The position numbers and the translations under genes are program-made. From positions 61,070,001 through 61,134,000 of the forward strand of contig NC_086386.1 in the NCBI RefSeq assembly GCF_036588685.1: a DNA stretch of 64,000 nucleotides. The letters are read 5' to 3'. Positions 12,552 to 21,547 of this stretch are shown in pieces; position 1 is the stretch's first letter, and each line of letters opens with the position of its first letter. The stretch comes from Mytilus trossulus (taxonomy: Eukaryota). Under the pieces are notes generated by a model that was given only the letters and a program-made list of their open reading frames with translations, was not told where the DNA came from and searched no databases.

Positions 12552-14556
12552 ATGTTGTTAGGTTTCTTCTACCTGTCTGTTCTTATTGTATGTGGAGAAA
12601 TAAACATGACTATAGAATCAGAGTTGGGTATGTACATTGCATACGTTTAGTTTATGCTTTAAAAAAAAATTATAATGTGGAAAAATAATCTTTATAAGAG
12701 AGTAAATGACAAGTTCACAAAAAAAAAAACGGATTAAAAAATTGGTAAAAAGCTCTAAGATAAAGATGGAAATTAAAATAAATCATATTAAGCAGAGGTC
12801 GCGGACGCTCGTCCTATGTTCACGACAAGGGAAAGGACGTTGACTATAGACTAAAATTAAGAATGGAAATGGGGAATGTATCAAAGAGACAACAACCCGA
12901 CCATACAGAAAAAAGCAACAGCGGAAGGTCACCAACAGGTCTTCAATGTAACGAGAAATTCCCGAACCCGGAGGTGGACTTCAGCTGGTCCCTAAACAAA
13001 TATATACTTGTTCAGTGATAATGAACGCCATAAAATATATATATATATTGGCTAGTACCCGGGGGTTCTTTGACACAAGTTTAACAATGGTCATACACAC
13101 TTTTACTTAGTTTTCAAAAAAAAGTTGGCACATAAAAAACACTTATACATACGCATGGATGTTTGCTTTGTAGATTCAACTTCTTTTAACGGAATTCAGT
13201 ATGACAACCATTAAGATTTAGTTTTAAAACATGTAAAGTTGTTGCCAAACTTACGACTGTTGACTTGTGTAAACGCTCTGCTTATTTATTTACAGCCTGT
13301 TCAGAAAAATCTAACATTGTCAACAAAGTAAAATTGTTGTGTAATGACATTGGAGCTGGTGGCAATGCGGGTGAGACTAAATTAAATATTTTCATAATCC
13401 TCTGCAGGCTTCAGGCTAGATGAAAATTTAGTTCAAAATATATTTTCTTTTATAGAACTTACATTGTTAAGCTTAAATTCAGACTACGTATGTTGTTTTG
13501 TGCTTCAATCAGTCTCGTTGTTTTCTCGTTTGAATGTTTTTAAATTATCTTTTCAATGGTGTTTTTTTTTTTGCTAACTATGCGGTCTGGGTTTTGTTCA
13601 TTGTTGAAGACATCACGCTGACATATAGTTTATATGTCATTTGGTCTCTGGTGGAGAGTTGTTTCATTGGTAATCATACCACATCTTCTTATTTTTTATA
13701 CTAGCCCTGTATAACCATGAAGGTGATCCGACGGAGAACGGCTGTCGTAAGGTAAACGTATATATGAGGCTAAAGAAAACAACCATAACCGGCACTGAAT
13801 TGTGTAGTTACAAAGAAAGAGTATCGGCTATAACAATCCTAATAAAAAAAAATTTTTTTTTTTAAATGTGAACAAGAAATCGTATTGATCAATATTTTGG
13901 CACAACAAATGACCCTCGTTAATGTCGAGCCCTGTTTAATTATGATTAAACGGTCCATTGTAAAGTTTATTTATTTAAGACAAAAAGAGTGATTATAAGT
14001 CAGACCTGGGATAAACAATATTTCATAATTTGTAATAAATTATAATGCAATTTTACAAAAAACAAAATGATTGCAATGACAAAAAGGACGATGATTTATA
14101 TATATTTTGATTACCTCTCAATACTGAAATTGCATTTTGTGTTTTTTTCCAGTGCATCCCAACACTTACACTGGTGTGTCGATTTTCACAGCTTCTGTGA
14201 GTAGGAGGAAATACGTGGTAAAAGGAAATATCGTGAGATTTGACAAAGTATGGTCAAACATCGGCAATAACTACGATCCACGCTCTGGTGTATATACAAC
14301 ACCAAAGGATGGTGCATATCATTTCTCTTGTACAGTGATGTCTCAAGGTAACAATGGCATTCGCGTCAACCTTTGGAAAAATGACGTAAAGACTGTTGCA
14401 ATTTATTCATATGGTTCTTATGGTGGAACACTGAATATGGCGCTTGACTTGAAAAGGGGGGACAGAGTGTACATTAAACAAAGTCATGTTGAAAACTACA
14501 TTTATGCTGAGCCGGAATATCATTTCAGTATGTTTTCTGGCTTTCATATTTCCTGA
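12552..14556 (+). CDS. C1q-domain-containing protein 1 (secreted globular C1q), 3 coding exons
   Basis: Exon 1 12552-12627 (signal peptide MLLGFFYLSVLIVCG; alternative in-frame ATG at 12540). Exon 2 13296-13370 (ACSEKSNIVNKVKLLCNDIGAGGNA). Exon 3 14153-14556 (gC1q: FTAS..FDKVWSNIG..YDPRSGVYT.P.DGAYHFS..L.RGDRVYI..FSMFSGF). All introns GT-AG, phase 1. AATAAA at 14616. Confidence 0.88.
12854..13032 (-). repeat. Interspersed repeat family 2 (in C1qDC-1 intron 1)
   Basis: gaatggaaatggggaatgtatcaaagagacaacaacccgacc...cagctggtccctaaacaaatatata. Reverse copies at ~34645-34815 and ~11150-11210, fragment at ~52198. Confidence 0.7.
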
Positions 14557-15458
14557 GAAACTTTATCACTTATATATCGACATACTGGTATCGTATCTAC
14601 AAAGAATATCACTGCAATAAAATATGTATACATTTACATTGTCTTTTAATGACTTAAACCTAGCCGATTTTAGAATGCATTTCCATCATGTATACCAAAA
14701 TTGGATTGCCCGGGTTAGACTATATACTTGGGTGATACCAACACTTTGACGTTTGAATTAGGTTTTAGATTTTCAATTATTTTTGCCTCTCCGATCTCAG
14801 AAGTAACATTTGTTTAATTGTGCATCTGGTGTAGAAACATGTTATTAATTGCAAGTTCGAAGATATTTTATTGTATTTGGAGACTTTAGACTATCGAATC
14901 GAAAATGATGCTAGCCAATCCAGATGCTATACAGGTATCTAAGTACTAACTCAACTGAACGAAAACACTTCTTAAACATACATTTCGAAATCAGTCAATC
15001 ATACTGTGGCTTTCTTTAATATATTTTTTTTTTCATTCGCAATATATGACAAACAAGAACAACAAAAAACATTTTTTAGACCGTATAGTAAGGTATAAAC
15101 CCCAAAATAACAATAAACCGACGAAGAAGGAACATAAAAGCTCATTAGTCGAAGATAAATTGATCCGTCATGTCAAAAAAAAGAAGAAAAAAACGACGAA
15201 AAGACTACATTCAGAAAAAGACAGCTTCAAAGAGCTAGCAACACTAACACCTTCAATAGCGGGGGTAATATAAGGTGTGTCGAAAGGGTAAGCAAATCCT
15301 GCTCCTCATTTTGGGAATCGTCGTCACGGTTCCTTGTGTAAGCACAGAATTCTACGATAAGTCTCTTTTTGAGTTGTCAATTTCGAAAGAAAAAAAAATA
15401 TAACGGGATTGACGTTACAAGAATATTTAAACATGCATATATATATATATATATATAT

Positions 15459-15797
15459 AAACGCCTAAAAAGTGTACATAACAACACCAATCACACAAAA
15501 AGGAACTATAAATGTAATTATTTATAAATATTTCGGATAACAGATATCCTTCGTCAGTCAAATTCTGATTTTAACATCAGAATTTGACTGACGAAAGAAT
15601 TTGACTGACGAAGGATATCTGTTATCCGAAATATTTATAAATAATTACATGTATAGTTCCTTTTTGTGTTATTGGTGTTGTTATGTACACTTTTTAGGCG
15701 TTTATATTATAATTTATTTTATTGTGTACATGTATCGTTACTTGTAACGATCCAGCGCCCTCGTGGGAAAAATCGTTGACTATTATTCAGACGTTTT
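15459..15797. mobile_element. Module C: short head-to-head (fold-back) non-coding Penelope-type element with hammerhead motifs
   Basis: 15459-~15570 is the inverted copy of ~15596-15705. A 17-bp local duplication agaatttgactgacgaa lies near the centre. Bounded by (TA)n on both sides. Confidence 0.75.
15600..15642 (+). ncRNA. Minimal hammerhead ribozyme-like motif (module C); mirrored on the minus strand at ~15520-15562
   Basis: CTGACGA-A-GGATA-tctgt-TATCC-GAAA-TATT: intact CUGANGA and GAAA cores with a 5-bp stem II. Stem I is weak. Confidence 0.65.
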
Positions 15798-15807
15798 ATA
15801 TATATAT

Positions 15808-16530
15808 ACCTGTTAGTCAAATGCGTTTTGTTTAAATATACTTTTTCACGCTTTTGGTCTTTTGGAAAATGTTGTTTGTGCTGTTTTTAGACCCTTCTAC
15901 AACGAAATTTGTTTGACATGCACACGTATAAAAATTGCGGTTTTTATCCAACGCAGTCATAGGTTTGAACGTAGTTTTCAATTTAGACTCGTTTATATTT
16001 TTTGTTTGGGCATGTAACATATTTTCCCTCCGGTTTATATGATCCGTTCATCCTATATATTGACTCTTAAAATTCAAGAGTTAATCTAAAAATGAGGGTA
16101 CTTTCTCTAAAAATTGAGGGTACTTTTTATATGGCCTTCCAAATACCGTTTCGATCCCTAACATCACTGAAGAGACATTTATTGTCGAAATCCGGATATG
16201 GTGTACTTAAGAAATATTGACACCGAATGTTTGTGGCACAACATCCTGTCCACAAGTTAACAATTTTTTTTTTTCTGTGACGTATCAATTTTATTTGGCA
16301 GTCGTCAATGGCAGTCAGCAGGGTTAAAGAACATCAGTTGTTCGACCTGTTAGTCAAATGCGTTTTGTTTAAATATACTTTTTCACGCTTTTGGTCTTTT
16401 GGAAAATGTTGTTTGTGCTGTTTTTAGACCCTTCTACAACGAAATTTGTTTGACATGCACACGTATAAAAATTGCGGTTTTTATCCAACGCAGTCATAGG
16501 TTTGAACGTAGTTTTCAATTTAGACTCGTT
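15808..16530 (+). mobile_element. Module A (left): hammerhead-bearing partial tandem (retrozyme / non-autonomous PLE), period 537 bp
   Basis: ~185-bp direct terminal repeat (15808-15992 and 16345-16530) around an internal segment containing the hammerhead. (TA)n on both sides. Confidence 0.8.
16161..16204 (+). ncRNA. Type I minimal hammerhead ribozyme (module A left)
   Basis: ACATCA-CTGAAGA-GACA-tttat-TGTC-GAAA-TCCGGA-TA-TGGTGT: stem I, core, stem II, palindromic stem III (ATCCGGAT), AUA cleavage triplet. Confidence 0.85.
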
Positions 16531-16552
16531 TATATATATATATATATATATA

Positions 16553-16620
16553 ACCATAAATTTGCGAAAGCAAATTTACAGATCTAACATTGTTGGTTTG
16601 ATGTTTAGACGAGTTGTATT
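16553..16620 (+). repeat. Module B 3' fragment
   Basis: aaatttgcgaaagcaaatttacagatctaacattgttggtttgatgtttagacgagttg is the reverse complement of 20726-20790. Flanked by (TA)n. Confidence 0.8.
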
Positions 16621-16801
16621 TATATATATATATATATAGTGTCTAAAAATAGCAACAATCAACATTCAATCTATATAGGTGTGGATCAGTTTGTAAATAA
16701 ACTGATGCAGTTACTAAATTGAATTATATAAGTGTCTAAGAATGTAACTTTAACACACTTATGAGTGTTATAAAATTAGGTGTTATATTTTATATATTAT
16801 T

Positions 16802-16842
16802 CACGCAATATTTCGCTAAACAAATTAGCTTCATCGGGCGTG
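16802..16842 (-). ncRNA. Hammerhead-like motif in PLE 3' UTR (left arm)
   Basis: Mirror image of 19251-19291. Confidence 0.6.
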
Positions 16843-17028
16843 TGCATCTATCAAGGTGAAATCGGATGCATGACAAAAAATATCTTTGTAGCTTGAGCTA
16901 CACAAAAGTTTAACATATTGATTAATGATCTGTATAAAACATTTTTTTGCCGTTTATTGTACATAAACATTTTTTTCAAAAATTTAAACAAATAGTTGTT
17001 TTAGTTAAATAGAAGTAAAATTGATGAG

Positions 17029-17961
17029 TTATTCCTTTGCTTTCGGGTAGAACTGTTTTTCATCCCTCTCATTAAGTCCATCAGGTTCAAGAGTACGTAG
17101 CTGATGCATCCAGAACCTTTCTCTCTTTTTCCTCATTTCTGAGTCCCAATTTTGGTTTACCTCAATTATTTGAAAGGTGATATTTTCAAAGGTATGTCCT
17201 GTTCTTAAGAGGTGTCTCGTAATTGGACAGTTTCTTCCTTTTGTATAAAACGACCGATGATTGTTTAGTCTGATGTTAAATGTGGTTTCTGTTTCACCAA
17301 CATATTGCAGCTTGCAAGTTCCACAAGTAAGAATATAAATACTATTTTCCGTTTTGCAATTAGATGTAACATAGATGTTGTATCGCTGCTTTGTTACTGT
17401 GCTGCTGAAAGAGTGGTCAGTGTTGGCGGCTTTACAGCACTTACAGTTCCTTCTACCGCATTGTTTGTAACACCCAAATTTTGAAGTTTCTTGTTTCTTT
17501 ACTTTTGATGTCACAAGTATGTCTTTGAGATTTTTGGGTCTGCGATAGGCAATAAGAGGAGGTGATGGAAAAATTTCTTTTAAGGACGAGTCATTTTCGA
17601 TTAGACGCCAGTGCTTTCGGATAAAAGATGAAATATTTGTCAAATCGGGATGGAATGTTACAACAAACGGAATTCTATCTGCACGGGTCGCCTTATTTTT
17701 GTATTCCATGAGGCTAGCTCGATCTTTTTCTTTAGCTTTATCAAAAGCGTCTGTGATGTTTTTGGTTTTATATCCTCTTGATTTCAGCTGTGTTTTTAGT
17801 TGTCCCAAACGATAGTTGAGTTTGGATTCAGAGGAGCAAATTCGCTTTAGTCTGATGGCTTGACTGTAAGGTATACTCCTGGAGCAGTGTTTCGGATGAA
17901 AACTTTTTGGAGAAAGGAACTGGTGTTTATCAGTTTTCTTTGTGTGGAGGTCAGTTGTCAT
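17029..17961 (-). CDS. PLE polyprotein C-terminal part: RT thumb, Cys-rich linker, GIY-YIG endonuclease (left copy)
   Basis: S.HP.H..RSIPYSQA.R..RIC thumb motif, CGRRNCKCC linker, IYILTCGTCKLQYVGET..RLNNH GIY-YIG, E.FW..L.T..P.GLN. The frame continues upstream through IKFT..FLD (RT motifs 6-7) to the palindrome centre. Confidence 0.88.
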   Translation of the reverse strand: MTTDLHTKKTDKHQFLSPKSFHPKHCSRSIPYSQAIRLKRICSSESKLNYRLGQLKTQLKSRGYKTKNITDAFDKAKEKDRASLMEYKNKATRADRIPFVVTFHPDLTNISSFIRKHWRLIENDSSLKEIFPSPPLIAYRRPKNLKDILVTSKVKKQETSKFGCYKQCGRRNCKCCKAANTDHSFSSTVTKQRYNIYVTSNCKTENSIYILTCGTCKLQYVGETETTFNIRLNNHRSFYTKGRNCPITRHLLRTGHTFENITFQIIEVNQNWDSEMRKKRERFWMHQLRTLEPDGLNERDEKQFYPKAKE

Positions 17962-18132
17962 GATCCCGTTTTTTACAAATGTGGTGGTGTCGAGAAAAGC
18001 AATTTTCTCGCTTGAAAATTCAGATGTAAATTTAATTAAATTTAATTTAAATACTCAATTAAATTTACATCTGAATTTTCAAGCGAGAAAATTGCTTTTC
18101 TCGACACCACCACATTTGTAAAAAACGGGATC

Positions 18133-19065
18133 ATGACAACTGACCTCCACACAAAGAAAACTGATAAACACCAGTTCCTTTCTCCAAAAAGTTGTCATCC
18201 GAAACACTGCTCCAGGAGTATACCTTACAGTCAAGCCATCAGACTAAAGCGAATTTACTCCTCTGAATCCAAACTCAACTATCGTTTGGGACAACTAAAA
18301 ACACAGCTGAAATCAAGAGGATATAAAACCAAAAACATCACAGACGCTTTTGATAAAGCTAAAGAAAAAGATCGAGCTAGCCTCATGGAATACAAAAATA
18401 AGGCGACCCGTGCAGATAGAATTCCGTTTGTTGTAACATTCCATCCCGATTTGACAAATATTTCATCTTCTATCCGAAAGCACTGGCGTCTAATCGAAAA
18501 TGACTCGTCCTTAAAAGAAATTTTTCCATCACCTCCTCTTATTGCCTATCGCAGACCCAAAAATCTCAAAGACATACTTGTGACATCAAAAGTAAAGAAA
18601 CAAGAAACTTCAAAATTTGGGTGTTACAAACAATGCGGTAGAAGGAACTGTAAGTGCTGTAAAGCCGCCAACACTGACCACTCTTTCAGCAGCACAGTAA
18701 CAAAGCAGCGATACAACATCTATGTTACATCTAATTGCAAAACGGAAAATAGTATTTATATTCTTACTTGTGGAACTTGCAAGCTGCAATATGTTGGTGA
18801 AACAGAAACCACATTTAACATCAGACTAAACAATCATCGGTCGTTTTATACAAAAGGAAGAAACTGTCCAATTACGAGACACCTCTTAAGAACAGGACAT
18901 ACCTTTGAAAATATCACCTTTCAAATAATTGAGGTAAACCAAAATTGGGACTCAGAAATGAGGAAAAAGAGAGAAAGGTTCTGGATGCATCAGCTACGTA
19001 CTCTTGAACCTGATGGACTTAATGAGAGGGATGAAAAACAGTTCTACCCGAAAGCAAAGGAATAA
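18133..19065 (+). CDS. PLE polyprotein C-terminal part: RT thumb, Cys-rich linker, GIY-YIG endonuclease (right copy)
   Basis: Same as the left copy except for 3 aa differences (F/C, C/Y, F/S). The RT catalytic core is absent because of 5' truncation. Confidence 0.88.
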   Translation: MTTDLHTKKTDKHQFLSPKSCHPKHCSRSIPYSQAIRLKRIYSSESKLNYRLGQLKTQLKSRGYKTKNITDAFDKAKEKDRASLMEYKNKATRADRIPFVVTFHPDLTNISSSIRKHWRLIENDSSLKEIFPSPPLIAYRRPKNLKDILVTSKVKKQETSKFGCYKQCGRRNCKCCKAANTDHSFSSTVTKQRYNIYVTSNCKTENSIYILTCGTCKLQYVGETETTFNIRLNNHRSFYTKGRNCPITRHLLRTGHTFENITFQIIEVNQNWDSEMRKKRERFWMHQLRTLEPDGLNERDEKQFYPKAKE

Positions 19066-19250
19066 CTCATCAATTTTACTTCTATTTAACTAAAACAACT
19101 ATTTGTTTAAATTTTTGAAAAAAATGTTTATGTACAATAAACGGCAAAAAAATGTTTATTCAGATCATTAATCAATATGTTAAACTTTTGTGTAGCTCAA
19201 GCTACAAAGATATTTTTTGTCATGCATCCGATTTCACCTTGATAGATGCA

Positions 19251-19291
19251 CACGCCCGATGAAGCTAATTTGTTTAGCGAAATATTGCGTG
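19251..19291 (+). ncRNA. Hammerhead-like motif in PLE 3' UTR (right arm), U4C core variant
   Basis: CACGC-CCGATGA-A-GCTAA-tttgt-TTAGC-GAAA-TATT-GCGTG: perfect 5-bp stems I and II, minimal palindromic stem III, CCGAUGA in place of CUGAUGA. Confidence 0.62.
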
Positions 19292-19746
19292 AATAATATA
19301 TAAAATATAACACCTAATTTTATAACACTCATAAGTGTGTTAAAGTTACATTCTTAGACACTTATATATATATATATATATATATATACGAGTCTAAATT
19401 GAAAACTACGTTCAAACCTATGATTGCGTTGGATAAAAACCGCAATTTTTATACGTGTGCATGTTAAACAAATTTCGTTGTAGAAGGGTCTAAAAACAGC
19501 ACAAACAACATTTTCCAAAAGACCAAAAAAGTGAAAAAGTATATTTCAACAAAACGTATTTGACTAACAGGTCGAACAACTGATGTTCTTGAACCCTGCT
19601 GACTGCCATTGGCGATTGCCAAATAAAATTGATCACAAGATGTAACAAAATGGATCTTAAAATAAATCTAATACTAAACAGAAAAACTTTTTAAACTTGT
19701 GGCCGCGATGTTATGCCACAAACATACGGTGTCAATATATCTTAGT

Positions 19747-19790
19747 ACACCAGATCCGGATTTCGACAATAAATGTCTCTTCAGTGATGA
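19747..19790 (-). ncRNA. Type I minimal hammerhead ribozyme (module A right, unit 1)
   Basis: Reverse complement reads CATCA-CTGAAGA-GACA-tttat-TGTC-GAAA-TCCGGA-TC-TGGTG (AUC triplet). Confidence 0.85.
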
Positions 19791-20316
19791 TAGGGATCGA
19801 AACGGTATTTGGAAGGCCATATTAAGAGTATCCTCATTTTAAGAAAAAGTACCCTAATTTTTAGATAAACTCTTGAATTTAAAGAGTCAATATAGGATGA
19901 ACGGATCATATAAACCGGAGGGAAAATATGATACAAAGCCCAAACAAAAAAATATAAACGAGTCTAAATTGAAAACTACGTTCAAACCTATGATAGCGTT
20001 GGATAAAAACCGCAATTTTTATACGTGTGCATGTTAAACAAATTTCGTTGTAGAAGGGTCTAAAAACAGCACAAACAACATTTTCCAAAAGACCAAAAAA
20101 GTGAAAAAGTATATTTCAACAAAACGTATTTGACTAACAGGTCGAACAACTGATGTTCTTGAACCCTGCTGACTGCCATTGGCGATTGCCAAATAAAATT
20201 GATCACAAGATGTAACAAAATGGATCTTAAAATAAATTTAATACTAAACAGAAAAACTTTTTAAACTTGTGGCCGCGATGTTATGCCACAAACATACGGT
20301 GTCAATATATTTTAGT

Positions 20317-20360
20317 ACACCAGATCCGGATTTCGACAATAAATGTCTCTTCAGTGATGT
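20317..20360 (-). ncRNA. Type I minimal hammerhead ribozyme (module A right, unit 2)
   Basis: Same motif as 19747-19790, 570 bp away. Confidence 0.85.
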
Positions 20361-20725
20361 TAGGGATCGAAACGGTATTTGGAAGGCCATATTAAGAGTA
20401 TCCTCATTTTAAGAAAAAGTACCCTAATTTTTAGATAAACTCTTGAATTTAAAGAGTCAATATAGGATGAACGGATCATATAAACCGGAGGGAAAATATG
20501 ATACAAAGCCCAAACAAAAAAATATAAACGAGTCTAAATTGAAAACTACGTTCAAACCTATGATTGCGTTGGCTAAAAACCGCAATTTTTATACGTGTGT
20601 ATGTTCAACAAATTTCGTTGTAGAATGGTCTAAAAACAGCACAAACAACATTTCCCATAAGGCCAAAAAAGTGAAAAAGTATATTTCAACAAAACGCATC
20701 TGACTAACAGGTCATATATATATAT

Positions 20726-21547
20726 AACTCGTCTAAACATCAACCCAACAATGTTAGATCTGTAAATTTGCTTTCGCAAATTTTTGGTTCTTCTCTCGCC
20801 GGGATTCGAACCCATGCTACTGTGATATCGTGACACCAAATCGCCTGCACTGCAGTCGTCCCGCTAGACCACATGACCACCTGGGCTCTAAAAAAAGAGC
20901 TTTCGCTGGCCATGTGTTACCTTTCCACGTCAGTTTTAATCTAGCGGCGTACTACAGTACATGATATATAAGGCATGAAGATGTTATTGTTACAGATCAA
21001 CTAAATTATCCATAGTAAAGGATCCTACAAATTATTGTAAGATACAGTCACAGAAAATAATTATATTCATAAGTACGTCTGAGTCAGTGACAACCCTACA
21101 ACAGATGTATCCATCGGATCGCCATTAATGATGGTTATACATGGCTGTGTACATAATGTATATACAACTCGTCTAAACATCAACCCAACAATGTTAGATC
21201 TGTAAATTTGCTTTCGCAAATTTTTTGTTCTTCCCTCGCCGGGATTCGAACCCATGCTACTGTGATATCGTGACACCAAATCGCCTGCACTGCAGCCGTC
21301 CCGCTAGACCACACGACCACCTGGGCTCTCAAAAAAAGAGCTGTCGCTGGCCATGTGTTACCTTTCCACGTCAGTTTTAATCAAGCGGCGTACTACAGTA
21401 CTTGCTATATAAGGCATGAAGATGTTATTGTTACAGATCAGCTAAATTATCTATAGTAAAGGATCCTACAAATTAATGTAAGATACAGTCACAGAAAATA
21501 ATTATATTCATAAGTACGTCTGAGTCAGTGACAACCCTACAACAGAT
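20726..21547 (-). mobile_element. Module B: 440-bp tandem (~1.9 units) with an internal tRNA-like Pol III promoter
   Basis: aactcgtctaaacatc at 20726 and 21166. Minus-strand A box (TGGTC(A/G)TGTGG) and B box (GGTTCGAATCCC) within 20791-20886 and 21231-21326. A T7 run lies just upstream of each head. (TA)n on both sides. Confidence 0.8.

Larger units (their letters stand above)
16639..19363. mobile_element. Palindromic pair of 5'-truncated Penelope-like elements (Neptune-type)
   Basis: Arms 16725-18037 and 18057-19368 are near-perfect inverted repeats with a 19-nt AT spacer. The left arm has an extra ~86-nt 3' tail (16639-16724). Both outer ends abut (TA)n. Confidence 0.93.
19388..20713 (-). 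mobile_element. Module A (right): hammerhead-bearing tandem, 570-bp period, ~2.3 units
   Basis: acgagtctaaattg recurs at 19388, 19958 and 20528. Reverse orientation to the left module A. (TA)n on both sides. Confidence 0.85.

Noticed and set aside
19778-19818. Second, opposite-strand hammerhead in module A (GTGATGA...GAAACGGTA)
   Set aside because: The core lacks C3, the TGATGA is TGATGT in the other copies, and stem I pairs poorly.
15808-20713. A single giant mirror duplication covering both A modules and the PLE palindrome
   Set aside because: Left and right A modules differ in period and internal sequence far more than the PLE arms do, so they are separate insertions.
20885-20945. Hammerhead in module B (minus strand AAAA-CTGACGT...GAAAGCTC-TTTT)
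   Set aside because: The core reads CUGACGU rather than CUGANGA, stem II is unclear, and the second copy has GACA in place of GAAA. At best degenerate.
15832-21279. Repeated short ORFs (INESKLKTTFKPM..., MENVVCAVF..., MVSRYHSSMG...)
   Set aside because: They recur only because modules A and B are repeated. Starts and stops differ between copies and no domain is recognisable.
20791-21326. Functional tRNA genes in module B (also at 7155 and ~11060-11135)
   Set aside because: A and B boxes are present, but acceptor and anticodon stems do not form a proper cloverleaf. Treated as tRNA-derived promoters.
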